A stretch of 64,000 bases of DNA from Thecamonas trahens ATCC 50062 (Eukaryota > Protista > Apusomonadida), in NCBI RefSeq assembly GCF_000142905.1, contig NW_013657619.1, positions 131,173 through 195,172 of the forward strand. The letters run 5' to 3'. Below the pieces are notes generated by a model. It saw only the letters and a list, made by a program, of their open reading frames with translations. It had not been told where the DNA came from and did no database searches. Position numbers and translations under genes: made by a program. Below are positions 36,672 to 46,100 of the stretch, piece after piece (position 1 is the first letter of the stretch; each line of letters opens with the position of its first letter).

Positions 36672-36931
36672 TGGTATTGCTCCATCACGAGCACTCCCAT
36701 CGAGGGAGCTGTCGCATCAGATCGGATGCGTACTCACCCGACTCATCGTCCTTGTGGGGCTCATCTCGCCGTGCATGTCGGCCCCAGGCAACACATCGAT
36801 CAACGGCACTCCCACCGCAATACCATACATAATGCCTCTCTTCCATGAGCAGCGCTTCCCATCAAGGGACTTTGTCGCATCAGATTGGATGCGTACTCAC
36901 CCGACTCATCGTCCTGGCATTGCTGTGGAAG
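36672..36931. repeat. Duplicated 43-bp hairpin-containing element (36710-36752, 36873-36915); candidate structured ncRNA or regulatory element
   Basis: tgtcgcatcagat(c/t)ggatgcgtactcacccgactcatcgtcct occurs twice, 163 bp apart, with one mismatch; each copy is enclosed by its own inverted repeat. Confidence 0.6.
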
Positions 36932-37153
36932 GATCGAACGAACGAACGAACGGAGGGACGGAACCAAAGGACGGACCGAGGGGAGCGAGGGACGGACTGA
37001 GGGACAGCGAGAGTCAACTCGGCACGAATCGCCACAACCACTGATTACACATCGTTATCTCTCTCTCCCTTTCTCTCTCTTTCTCTTTCTCTCTCTCTCT
37101 CTTGCACGGATTGATTGAGTGAGTGAGTGAGACACAAACAAGGCTACCACATC

Positions 37154-39342
37154 ATGCGGTTCTTTACGCAGATACCGACGGGCCACTCTGATGTCATCCA
37201 TGATACCGCCTTTGACTTCCATGGCAAGCGACTGGCTACCTGCTCCTCCGACCAGGTCGTCGAGGTGTGGGACCAGTCAGAGGGCGGGGAGTGGTCACTG
37301 ACTGGAAGGTGGAAGGTAAGGATGGAGGGGGGTGGGGGGNNNNNNNNNNNNNNNNNNNNNNNNNNNNNNNNNNNNNNNNNNNNNNNNNNNNNNNNNNNNN
37401 NNNNNNNNNNNNNNNNNNNNNNNNNNNNNNNNNNNNNNNATCTCGTTCCAGAATCATTAGCATTTGGTTGACGTGGGATCTCGGAGGGAACTCATGGCGA
37501 CGGGCGCTGCCCTCGAGTTTTGACGTGTCAGATGTCGAGACCAAGGTGTTTGCATCCGAGTGCGCTCGACCTCCATCCTCGTCAATGATGCAGTCTCAGT
37601 CCGCCTCGGACCATCTTTCGCCCATTGCCTTGACCAGTCTGGCGGCTACGGCGAGGGTCCTTTCGCCGCCGGGCGTGCTCACAGGGGCGGGGAAGCACTC
37701 TCGACTTGTGCGCTCGTTACGCGTATGATCTTCAGGAATGCACCGGTGCTGTACATCCCGATGGCACGAGCGACGCTGGTGGTGGTCGACAACACGAGGC
37801 TGCCATCGGAGGGGGCCATGCTGGAAGCAGCCCCGGGCGTGGCATGCTTTAACAGCAAGTGCTGGCAAGGGGTGGGGGGGCGGAGCCCGCAACTCTGTCG
37901 GCGTGATGCTCTGCGACTTGGGGATGGGGGGAAGGGGGATGGGGATGGGGGGAGGGGGGGGGGAAGGGGGGAGGGGGGAGGTATGCTGGTTATGGTGGTA
38001 GTCGTCATGGTGGTCGTATTGGTGGTCATGGTCGTATGGTGGTCGTCATGGCGGTCATGGTCGTGGTCGTCATGGCGGTCATGGTCGTGGTCGTCATGGC
38101 GGTCATGGTCGTGGTCGTCATGGTGGTCATGGTCGTGGTCGTCATGGGCGATGGTCGTCATCGTCACCATGCTCATTATCGTCGGTATTGCCATCATGCG
38201 TATTGTCGCACTGACAGTCATCATCGTCTTTGCAACTACCGCTGACGCTACCCCGGCTACTACACCACCACGCGCAATCTCACTGTATCTCTCTCTCTCT
38301 TGCTGGCGCACCACGCTCACTTACTCAATCTTCATCTCTCTCTCTCTCTCTCTCCCCCCCCCCCACCCACACACACACACACGCACACGCACAGGCGCAC
38401 GCAGCTTCGATCTGGAAAGTGGCATGGGCGCATCCGGAGTTTGGCCAGGTCCTCGCTACCTGCTCCTTTGATCACCATGTCATCATCTGGGGCGAGCCTG
38501 AACGCCGGCTGGCTCCGTCGTCGCCGCGCGATCCGGCGTCAGCGTCGCGCTCGTCGGATCGCGGCTCGGCTGGCGAGGCTGGTGCGAGCAGTGAGGCGGG
38601 CAACGAGGGCGGTGCGGGCAAGAGCCGGTCGGCCGGTGGAGTCGGCGACGACGACGGGCCGGGCGGGTGGAACAAGTACGCGTCGCTTGTCGACGCTCGC
38701 GAGTCGGTCAACGACATCGAGTTTGCGCCACGCCACCACGGCCTGCGGCTGGCGGCTACGTCGGCAAAGGGCATCGTCCGCATCTACGAGGCGTCGGATG
38801 TGACAAACCTTAACTCGTGGTCGGTCGCAGAGACCATCGACGACGCTGGCGACGGCGCAGGCAACGCCCTTGCGTGGAACCCGTCGCGCTTTGCCTCGCC
38901 GTCGATGGTGACCGGTGGCAATGGGTCGGCTCCGCTCATCTACCAGTTCTCGGACTCTTCCAACCGGTGGGTCTGTGTCGAGCGCCTTGAGGGCCACGAG
39001 GACGCCATCCACGACGTCGCCTGGGCGCCCAACATGGGCCGCCGCTTCGAGCTCATTGCATCGGGCTCCAAGGACGGCTCCGTCCGCCTCTGGCGTCTCG
39101 AGCAGGGCTCCTTTGCCTCTTCGCCCATCGCCACCTTTGACCAGCACCACTCGCAGGTCTGGCGCGTCAAGTGGAACATCACTGGCACCGTTCTCGCCTC
39201 GTCCGGCGACGACGGCCTCGTCCGCCTCTGGAAGCGGGACTTTATGGACGAGTGGCGCCTTCTCTCGGAAATCTCCGGCGACAAGGGCGAGGCCATTCCG
39301 CAGAGCAGCGCCGTCGCCGCCGCCACCTCGTCTGCCCAATGA
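37154..39342 (+). CDS. SEH1: Nucleoporin/GATOR2 WD40 subunit Seh1; exons 37154-37315 and 38395-39342
   Basis: [22 protein letters not shown]...WK|[26 protein letters not shown]...[19 protein letters not shown]...[15 protein letters not shown]; phase-0 GTAAGG...CAG intron. Confidence 0.95.
37990..38175. repeat. Intronic low-complexity (GGT/CGT/CAT) repeat with a 24-bp period
   Basis: ggtcgtcatggcggtcatggtcgt is repeated inside the SEH1 intron. Confidence 0.8.
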
Positions 39343-39426
39343 TCATCTACCGCCGTCGTCACGAGTTGCGCCGCCTCACAGTGAACACGAGCCACCCTTG
39401 TCGGTCTTTCTTTACAGCTGTTTCAC

Positions 39427-42400
39427 TCACTTGCTCTTGCCTTTGCCCTTGGCCTTGGCCTTGGCCTTGGTCTTGGCCTTGGCCTTGGCCTTGGACTTAC
39501 TCTTGGCAGCAGCCAGCGACGCAGCCGCAAGAGCCTCGCCATCGTGCATGAGCTTGGCGCGCTTGGCCGGCGTCTCGTCGTCGGCCACGGCGGCACCGCC
39601 CTTGTTCTGCGACAAGTCGGCATCGCGAACGCGGCGCTTTGAGCCCGAGGTGGGAGCTTTGGCAGCCTCGGATGACTTTGTCGCCTCGTCGCCGTCGTCG
39701 TCGTCGTCGCGGCCGAGAGCGAGCACGTCGTCGAGCGAGTACTTGTCCGATCCGGCGACGTCCATAGGGGCGGGACCGGCGGCGGGCTCGTCGTTGTCGA
39801 CTCCGAGCAAGCTCGCCAGCGACGGCTCCACCAGCTCGACGTTGAGGTAGCGGCGGAGGTTGGCGTTGGTCTTGACCGAGATGCGGACGCGGACAGGCTG
39901 GAACATGGCGAGGACAAGGTCGCCGGTCTCGGGATGGCGCAGAGTCTGGGTCTTGGCGTCATAGTCGAGCGGCGACGGCTCATCGGCACGCGAAAAGGTG
40001 ACGTGGCCCTGGACGCCAAACTTGGGCACGAGGACAACGATGCCGTTGAGTTTTGTGGCGAGGACGTAGGCGTCCTCGACGACGACCTTGTCCTTGAAGA
40101 AGATGAGGGTGTGGAGGTCGACCGAGGATCGGGCGGCAAACTGGGCGTTGCGGTGGCGGAGATTGAGGTTGTCGACAATGGCCGAGAGCAGGTTGCGGTT
40201 GACGAGCGAGGGGTGCGACTCGTGCGTCTTGGAGAGCGAGGCGTAGAGCTGGCGATGGACAATGACGTCCGAGTAGCGGCGGATGGGCGAGGTGAAGTGG
40301 GTGTAGAGCGGTGCGGCGAGGCCAAAGTGCTCGTACGAGTCCTCGTTGCCCGAGCAAAAGTAGGCTGCCGGCTGCATGCAACGGGTGGTGAGGATGCGGA
40401 GCAGGGTGTTGAGGTACGGGTTGGCCGTCGAGGTGGCGGCATCGAGCGAGGTCGCCAGCGAGCGGTTCGATGAGACGTCAAAGGTGAGCTCGTCGCCGGC
40501 GTCAAAGAGGTGCGACGAGGCGCGGATGGCGGTGATGAGCGCCTCAAAGCGCTCCGGGTTCGGCGCAGGGTGCCGGCGAAGCATGGCCGATGACGGGAAG
40601 GCTCCAAGGATCTGCTTGGCCACGGTGGTGTTGGCGAGGAGCATAAACTCCTCCACCAGCGAGTTCGTCTCGCGCAGCTCGTAGATCGAGGTCGAGAGCG
40701 GGTCAGACGTCTCCGAGTCGAGCTCAAAGTGGACGGCGGGCGAGGAGAGGGTGAGCGCGCCTGCGGCCTTGCGCCGGGCGAGAAGCTTGCGCGAGAGGGC
40801 GAGGAGGTCGCGGAGGTTGCGCGCCACCACGTCGTCGTCGTCCGAATCGATCTTGGCCTGGGCCTCACCGTACGAAAAAGCGTGGACCGAGCGGATGATT
40901 GACTTGTGGAAGGCGACCGAGACGGTCTCGGCCTCGGGCGTCAGCTCCCACACGACCGAAAAGGCGAGGCGGTCGACGCGCGGCTTGAGCGAGCAGAGGT
41001 CGGTTCCGAGGTACGACGGGAGCATGTCGATGCGACGGTCGACAAGGTAGACGGTGGTGCCGCGGGCGGCAGCCTCGGCGTCGATGGCGGTCCCGGGCTT
41101 GACGTAGTGTGAGACGTCGGCGATGTGGACGCCGACCTCAAAGTTGCCGTTGGCCAGCCGCTGGACGTGGAGCGCGTCGTCAATGTCTGTGCAGCCCGGC
41201 GGGTCGATGGAGCACACCACGCGGGACTCGCGGAGGTCGACGCGATTGGCAATCTCCTTCGGCGAGATGACGTACGGGCACGGCGGGAGGCAGTCGAGGA
41301 CGGCCTGTGAGAACGGCTCGTACGAAATGTCGTGCTCCAGGAGCAGGAGCTCGTTCTCGGTCTCTTTGTCGCCCACATCGCCGAGGACCCGGACGTAGTG
41401 GCCCGACGGGTACTTGGAGTAGCGGTCCCATCCATCGACGGCGACCATGATCCGCTTGCCAAGCAGCGACGCCGGCTGGGTGGTGTGGATGCGGATGCGC
41501 GGGAGGTGGCGGACGTTGGCCACAAAGAGGTACTTGCCCGGCGAGGGGCGGCCCGGGCGGTCCGACTTGCGCGGCAGCAGATGACCGCAGTACCGGCGCC
41601 AGTTGCGCTTAACAATGCCGACAACCTTGCCGCGCGGGCGGATCTCGCCCGCGCTCTGGGCCGCGTCCTTGGACGCCGCCTCGAGGGAGAGCGTGTCGCC
41701 GTCCGGGTCGCCGTCGTCGTTGGCCGCGGCGGCGTCACCGTCGACGAGCAGATCCGACTCGGCGGCCCACTCGGACTCGGGATAGAGCTCGACGGCGACA
41801 ACGTCGCCGTCAAACGCGCGGTTGATGTCGACCACGCCCGAGATGAGGACTGGGACGCCGACCTCGCCGCGAGTCACCGAGCCCTGCAGCACGTTGCGGA
41901 CGTCCTGGTAGAACTTGCCCTGCACGTACTTGCCGGCGCGGACACCAGCGAGAACCTCGGACTCGTCGAGGTGCTTAGGGAAGATCGGCTCGCGGCCACT
42001 GGAGAACTCACGGCCGCCAGCGCCGGCCTTGGGCTTGGCCACCAGGTCGAGGAGCTTCGGCTCGTGCGGGAGGTAGGCCGCGAGGTAGTCGGCAATGCCG
42101 TAAGCCTCGAGGCCGTCCTCTCGGGCAGCGGCGCAGTTGGCCACATCGTCCGAAATGAGGATGACCTTACGGGCCTTGCCATCGCCATCGGCCATGCTGC
42201 GGACGAGGCTGGCCGGAGCGGTGGCAGCGGCGGCCTTGGTCATCTTTGCCTTGGCGAGCTGCAACTCGGCGAGCTGGTCGCGGGTGAGCGGGACGGATGC
42301 CAGGTGGTCATGATACCACTTTGCAGCAACACGGATGGCGCGATCGTTGCGATCGTTGGGCGACTCGCCCTTGACGCGCTCGATGTAGGTCTTGCGGTGG

Positions 42401-42912
42401 TGCTCGTTGGAGAAGACGTAGACACAGCGGGCCGAGTCCGAGGTCAGAGCCCTCAGGCGGGAGTAGAGCTGCGCCGAGCGAGCCGAGACTTCACCGAGAA
42501 CTGTCTGGAGGACAACAATGTTGACAAGGGCATCGGCCCTCTCCAGCAGATCGATCTGATGGAGAGCAATGTTGGTATCGATGACGAGGACTGGCGCAGC
42601 GGCCGCAAAACCCTCTGCCGCCGCCAGCGGGCGAAAGGCAGCCGCAGCAGCAGAGGCCGAGGCCGAAGCAATGGAGGAAGTACGGGACTCTGTCGCCGAT
42701 CGCCTGCTAGCAGCAGCCGATGACGATGACGATGACGATGCCTCTGCGGCACGGCGGGCAGAGAGAGCGAGGAGCGAAGGCGGAGGCACAGCCGGGCAGA
42801 TGTGGCAGGACGACATGCCACAGTAGAGGTCGTCACGGAGGTAGTGCTCCCGGGAGACCTTCAGCACATTCCCCCGACGTGTTCTCCGGAAGTGCGACCG
42901 GGAACGGAGCAT
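39427..42912 (-). CDS. DIS3: Exosome catalytic subunit DIS3/Rrp44
   Basis: CR3 (EHYLRDDLYCG..SC.IC), PIN (VIDTNIALHQIDLLE, ESPNDRNDRAIR), RNB (SIDPPGCTDIDDALH, YTHFTSPIRRYSD) and S1 domains. Confidence 0.97.
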   Translation of the reverse strand: MLRSRSHFRRTRRGNVLKVSREHYLRDDLYCGMSSCHICPAVPPPSLLALSARRAAEASSSSSSSAAASRRSATESRTSSIASASASAAAAAFRPLAAAEGFAAAAPVLVIDTNIALHQIDLLERADALVNIVVLQTVLGEVSARSAQLYSRLRALTSDSARCVYVFSNEHHRKTYIERVKGESPNDRNDRAIRVAAKWYHDHLASVPLTRDQLAELQLAKAKMTKAAAATAPASLVRSMADGDGKARKVILISDDVANCAAAREDGLEAYGIADYLAAYLPHEPKLLDLVAKPKAGAGGREFSSGREPIFPKHLDESEVLAGVRAGKYVQGKFYQDVRNVLQGSVTRGEVGVPVLISGVVDINRAFDGDVVAVELYPESEWAAESDLLVDGDAAAANDDGDPDGDTLSLEAASKDAAQSAGEIRPRGKVVGIVKRNWRRYCGHLLPRKSDRPGRPSPGKYLFVANVRHLPRIRIHTTQPASLLGKRIMVAVDGWDRYSKYPSGHYVRVLGDVGDKETENELLLLEHDISYEPFSQAVLDCLPPCPYVISPKEIANRVDLRESRVVCSIDPPGCTDIDDALHVQRLANGNFEVGVHIADVSHYVKPGTAIDAEAAARGTTVYLVDRRIDMLPSYLGTDLCSLKPRVDRLAFSVVWELTPEAETVSVAFHKSIIRSVHAFSYGEAQAKIDSDDDDVVARNLRDLLALSRKLLARRKAAGALTLSSPAVHFELDSETSDPLSTSIYELRETNSLVEEFMLLANTTVAKQILGAFPSSAMLRRHPAPNPERFEALITAIRASSHLFDAGDELTFDVSSNRSLATSLDAATSTANPYLNTLLRILTTRCMQPAAYFCSGNEDSYEHFGLAAPLYTHFTSPIRRYSDVIVHRQLYASLSKTHESHPSLVNRNLLSAIVDNLNLRHRNAQFAARSSVDLHTLIFFKDKVVVEDAYVLATKLNGIVVLVPKFGVQGHVTFSRADEPSPLDYDAKTQTLRHPETGDLVLAMFQPVRVRISVKTNANLRRYLNVELVEPSLASLLGVDNDEPAAGPAPMDVAGSDKYSLDDVLALGRDDDDDGDEATKSSEAAKAPTSGSKRRVRDADLSQNKGGAAVADDETPAKRAKLMHDGEALAAASLAAAKSKSKAKAKAKTKAKAKAKGKGKSK

Positions 42913-43617
42913 GGTGGTGGGGATGGGATGTGGTGAGGGGGGGGGTGGGATGAGGGGGGGGGGAGTGGGGTGGGGGAGGGAGGAGGGGAGTGATGGCTCT
43001 GATGGATGGATGAGTCTGAGGGCACCCNNNNNNNNNNNNNNNNNNNNNNNNNNNNNNNNNNNNNNNNNNNNNNNNNNNNNNNNNNNNNNNNNNNNNNNNN
43101 NNNNNNNNNNNNNNNNNNNNNNNNNNNNNNNNNNNNNNNNNNNNNNNNNNNNNNNNNNNNNNNNNNNNNNNNNNNNNNNNNNNNNNNNNNNNNNNNNNNN
43201 NNNNNNNNNNNNNNNNNNNNNNNNNNNNNNNNNNNNNNNNNNNNNNNNNNNNNNNNNNNNNNNNNNNNNNNNNNNNNNNNNNNNNNNNNNNNNNNNNNNN
43301 NNNNNNNNNNNNNNNNNNNNNNNNNNNNNNNNNNNNNNNNGGGGGGGGGGGGGGTGGATGGGGGATTGTCAATCCAAGTTGGGGGATGGGGATGGGGGTG
43401 GGGTGGGGTGGGGTGGGGTGGGGAGGGGAGGGGATCGAGGTGGAGGTGGGTGGAGGGGGCTGATGGCTGATGGTTGTTGGCTGATGGTTGTTGGCTGATG
43501 GCTATGGATGGAGTCGGGGGGGAGGAGGGGGAGGATTGGGTGATGCGGGAGGGGAGAGGGGAGGGGATCGAGGAGGTGGAGGTGAGTCGGGCAGGGGGGG
43601 GATGAGGAGGAGGAGGT

Positions 43618-44341
43618 TTAGTGGTCAAGGTCGGGCGCGGTGAGACGGAACAGATCGTAGACGGCAGCGACTGCATGCGGCGGCATCGTCTGCGTGCCGA
43701 TGCCGGCAAACCGCAAGCCGGGTGTGTCAAGCGGTGACGGCGGCAGATCGGCCATCGCCTCCCAGACCTGATCCACCTGCCGCCATCGCCGCCACTCGCG
43801 CGAGTTGACCTCGTACAGGTAGAGTTGGCACTCGTCGGCAGGCTCGCTGCCGATCGGGGCAAACCGGTCGATATACGCCTGCAGAGCCCACTTGGTTCCG
43901 CCGCCGACCTCGATTGGGTAGCGCGCCTTGGGATCACTCCAAGTCACCGCGTACACAGCATCGGCCCAGAGGACCTGGAAGACGTTGCGGCGGAAGAACT
44001 TGAGAGCGCGGCTCGTCTTCCGAGGCACCCGCTGGCCGAGGCCGGATGCCGCGATCTGCAGTCGCGCATCGCCCACAGCGCCCGCAAGCTCGTCCCAAAT
44101 CTCGACGCGGCCGGCAGGGTCGGCTGCGTATTCCCTCCTGTGCTCCGCGAACGACCAATGGATGCAAACGCTGGTATCAGGCAACGCACACCGCACCACC
44201 TCGTCAAACACGGCATCCGCACCAGGTGCTCCGCCCGACAGGAGCACGCACTCTGCATCGTCGGGAATCGCGGCAAAGCCAATCATCTCCAGCGTGCTCT
44301 CCAAGCTGGTCGGCGCTGTTGCGGCCCCCAGATCTCCGCTT

Positions 44342-44378
<37 letters not shown>

Positions 44379-44505
44379 TCCGGCCCTGATCCACGCTCGT
44401 CGATGTTGTCTGCGAACTTGTCGGGGGAGCGCCTTGGTTTGAGCTACCGCCGCCGCTTCGGCTTCGGGGCTTGCGTGGCTGCGACTTGTTCTTCTTGTGC
44501 TTCAT
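43618..44505 (-). CDS. SLOG-superfamily (Smf/DprA-LOG) protein, circularly permuted YpsA-like, with basic/RG-rich N-terminus
   Basis: SGGAPGAD glycine loop, RRNVFQV..ADAVYA, GGGTKWA, and a C-terminal FAGIGT strand (the strand that normally starts the fold). Confidence 0.62.
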
Positions 44506-44769
44506 TGATAAATCAAAGTCGCTGCGAGACGTCCGTGTGACTTCCTCTTAAGGCAATACCTGCTGCAGGTTGTCTGATGCCATCAGTGCTGAGCTGCTTT
44601 GAGCGTCAAGTCGGCGCGGTTTTGTCACGGCATGGCTCTGCTTGAACCGGATGGAATAATGAGTCTGAATGGAACAACCTGTGTCACCCAACTCCGCCAA
44701 GTTTGTCCCCTGGACGACTTCGATGCGCTTCCATTCGAAGCTCCCGATCGGCGTCAGTTGTTCAATCAG

Positions 44770-45675
44770 CTACACGCCGCCGGTGTTGACCAGATAGCGG
44801 AGCGCAGGAATGACATCGGTTCCGTTGAGGCCGAGCTGAGAGGCGACAAAGGCAAATGCTGCTGCCCGCTCCTCGAGCTTGGCCCGCTCGGCCGCAGCCT
44901 TCTGGTCGGCCTGGACCTTGATCAGCACCGCGTTCTGCGACGCCGTGATGGCTGCGGCCTGGGCGTCGGCCTCGGCCGAGATCAGCGAAATCTCCTTGTC
45001 CTGTAGCGCCGTCTTGTAGTCGGTGTCGGCCTGGATGAGCACCTGGGCCCGCGCGTTCTCGGCGTTGACCACCGACTGCACCGCGTCTTCCTTCTCCTCG
45101 ATGGCGTCCGAGAGCGCCTGCGGGAGGTGCACGTTCTGCAGCTGCAGCGCACCGACGTCGAGATTGCCTGAGAACTCCTCCATGTCAGAGGCTACCTTGT
45201 TCCGCATTGCCGTCTCAATCGTCCCGCGGGTGGTGTAGAACTGGTCGTAGGTGTACAGGGCACAGACGTCGCGGATCGAGTCGCGTGTCAGGATGTAAAT
45301 GAACCCGTTGAGCTGGCTGAACTCGCCGTAGCGGAACAGCATCTCCACCAGCGAGTTCTTGGCGATCGAGTACTGGAACGAGAGCGTGAGATCGAGATTG
45401 ACCCGATCCGAGGTGAAGCACTCGAGCGACGTGTGGTCGATGGTCACCGCCGTCGACGGGAACGTGATGAACTCGTCCTCAGGCGAGAGCCAGTACTTGG
45501 CGTTCTTGTTGTAGATCTTAGAGTACACCTTGTTGTTGTACCCACCGTACCGCAAGCCGTACAAGTTCGGCCCGAGCTCCACGTGCGATTTGGCCAGCAG
45601 CACGGCCGTGAGAATAATAGCAAACAGAACAAAGCAGCAGCAGCCCGAGGAGAGCACAATCCTCTTCATCGTCAT
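44770..45675 (-). CDS. SPFH/band-7 (prohibitin-like) membrane protein A
   Basis: N-terminal TM, then ECFTSDRVNLDLTLSFQY, IRDVCALYTYDQFYTTRGTIE, LQLQNVHLPQALSDAIEEKE and an Ala/Glu/Gln-rich coiled coil. Confidence 0.85.
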   Translation of the reverse strand: MTMKRIVLSSGCCCFVLFAIILTAVLLAKSHVELGPNLYGLRYGGYNNKVYSKIYNKNAKYWLSPEDEFITFPSTAVTIDHTSLECFTSDRVNLDLTLSFQYSIAKNSLVEMLFRYGEFSQLNGFIYILTRDSIRDVCALYTYDQFYTTRGTIETAMRNKVASDMEEFSGNLDVGALQLQNVHLPQALSDAIEEKEDAVQSVVNAENARAQVLIQADTDYKTALQDKEISLISAEADAQAAAITASQNAVLIKVQADQKAAAERAKLEERAAAFAFVASQLGLNGTDVIPALRYLVNTGGV

Positions 45676-46100
45676 GATGTCAACGTGTACAGAGGCCACG
45701 GAGGTCAAGTCCAGAACTTCTTGCGTCGAGTGGTATGAGCGTGTGTATGTGTGAGAGGTGTTGTCTCGAGGTCGGGCGCCTGCTTGGAGTATGTTGCGAG
45801 CGAGTCGGGCCGAGCGTTGTGAAAAAAGGCGCGCCTTTTTGTCGCCATCGGGCTGATTCTCAGAATACCGTTCTATTTTTGGAGGCCCACGACAAAACGA
45901 GCGCCAACTTTTTGCGAGCCACAGCATACGCCACTATCCACATCACACCTCGCTACTACAGGCTTTCCTCGTTCTGAACCTACTCGGAGGACAGAGCTAC
46001 TTGGGTTTGACATTGACTCGTCTTGTGCACTCCCAGCACACCTGCTTGCGCGCTCTCGAGACCTTTTCTCGGCGGCGTCACCTGAATTGTCTGCCGTTGC

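Noticed and set aside
36710-36915. Hammerhead ribozyme, TPP riboswitch, U1 snRNA or telomerase RNA identity for the duplicated element
   Set aside because: Lacks the CUGAUGA...GAAA core, the TPP CUGAGA/GAU motifs, an Sm site and a telomeric template; kept only as an unassigned structured element.
44548-44772. Stop-codon readthrough of SPFH-A (frame stays open ~70 codons past TAG)
   Set aside because: No canonical readthrough context or recognisable domain; open frames of this length occur by chance at this GC content.
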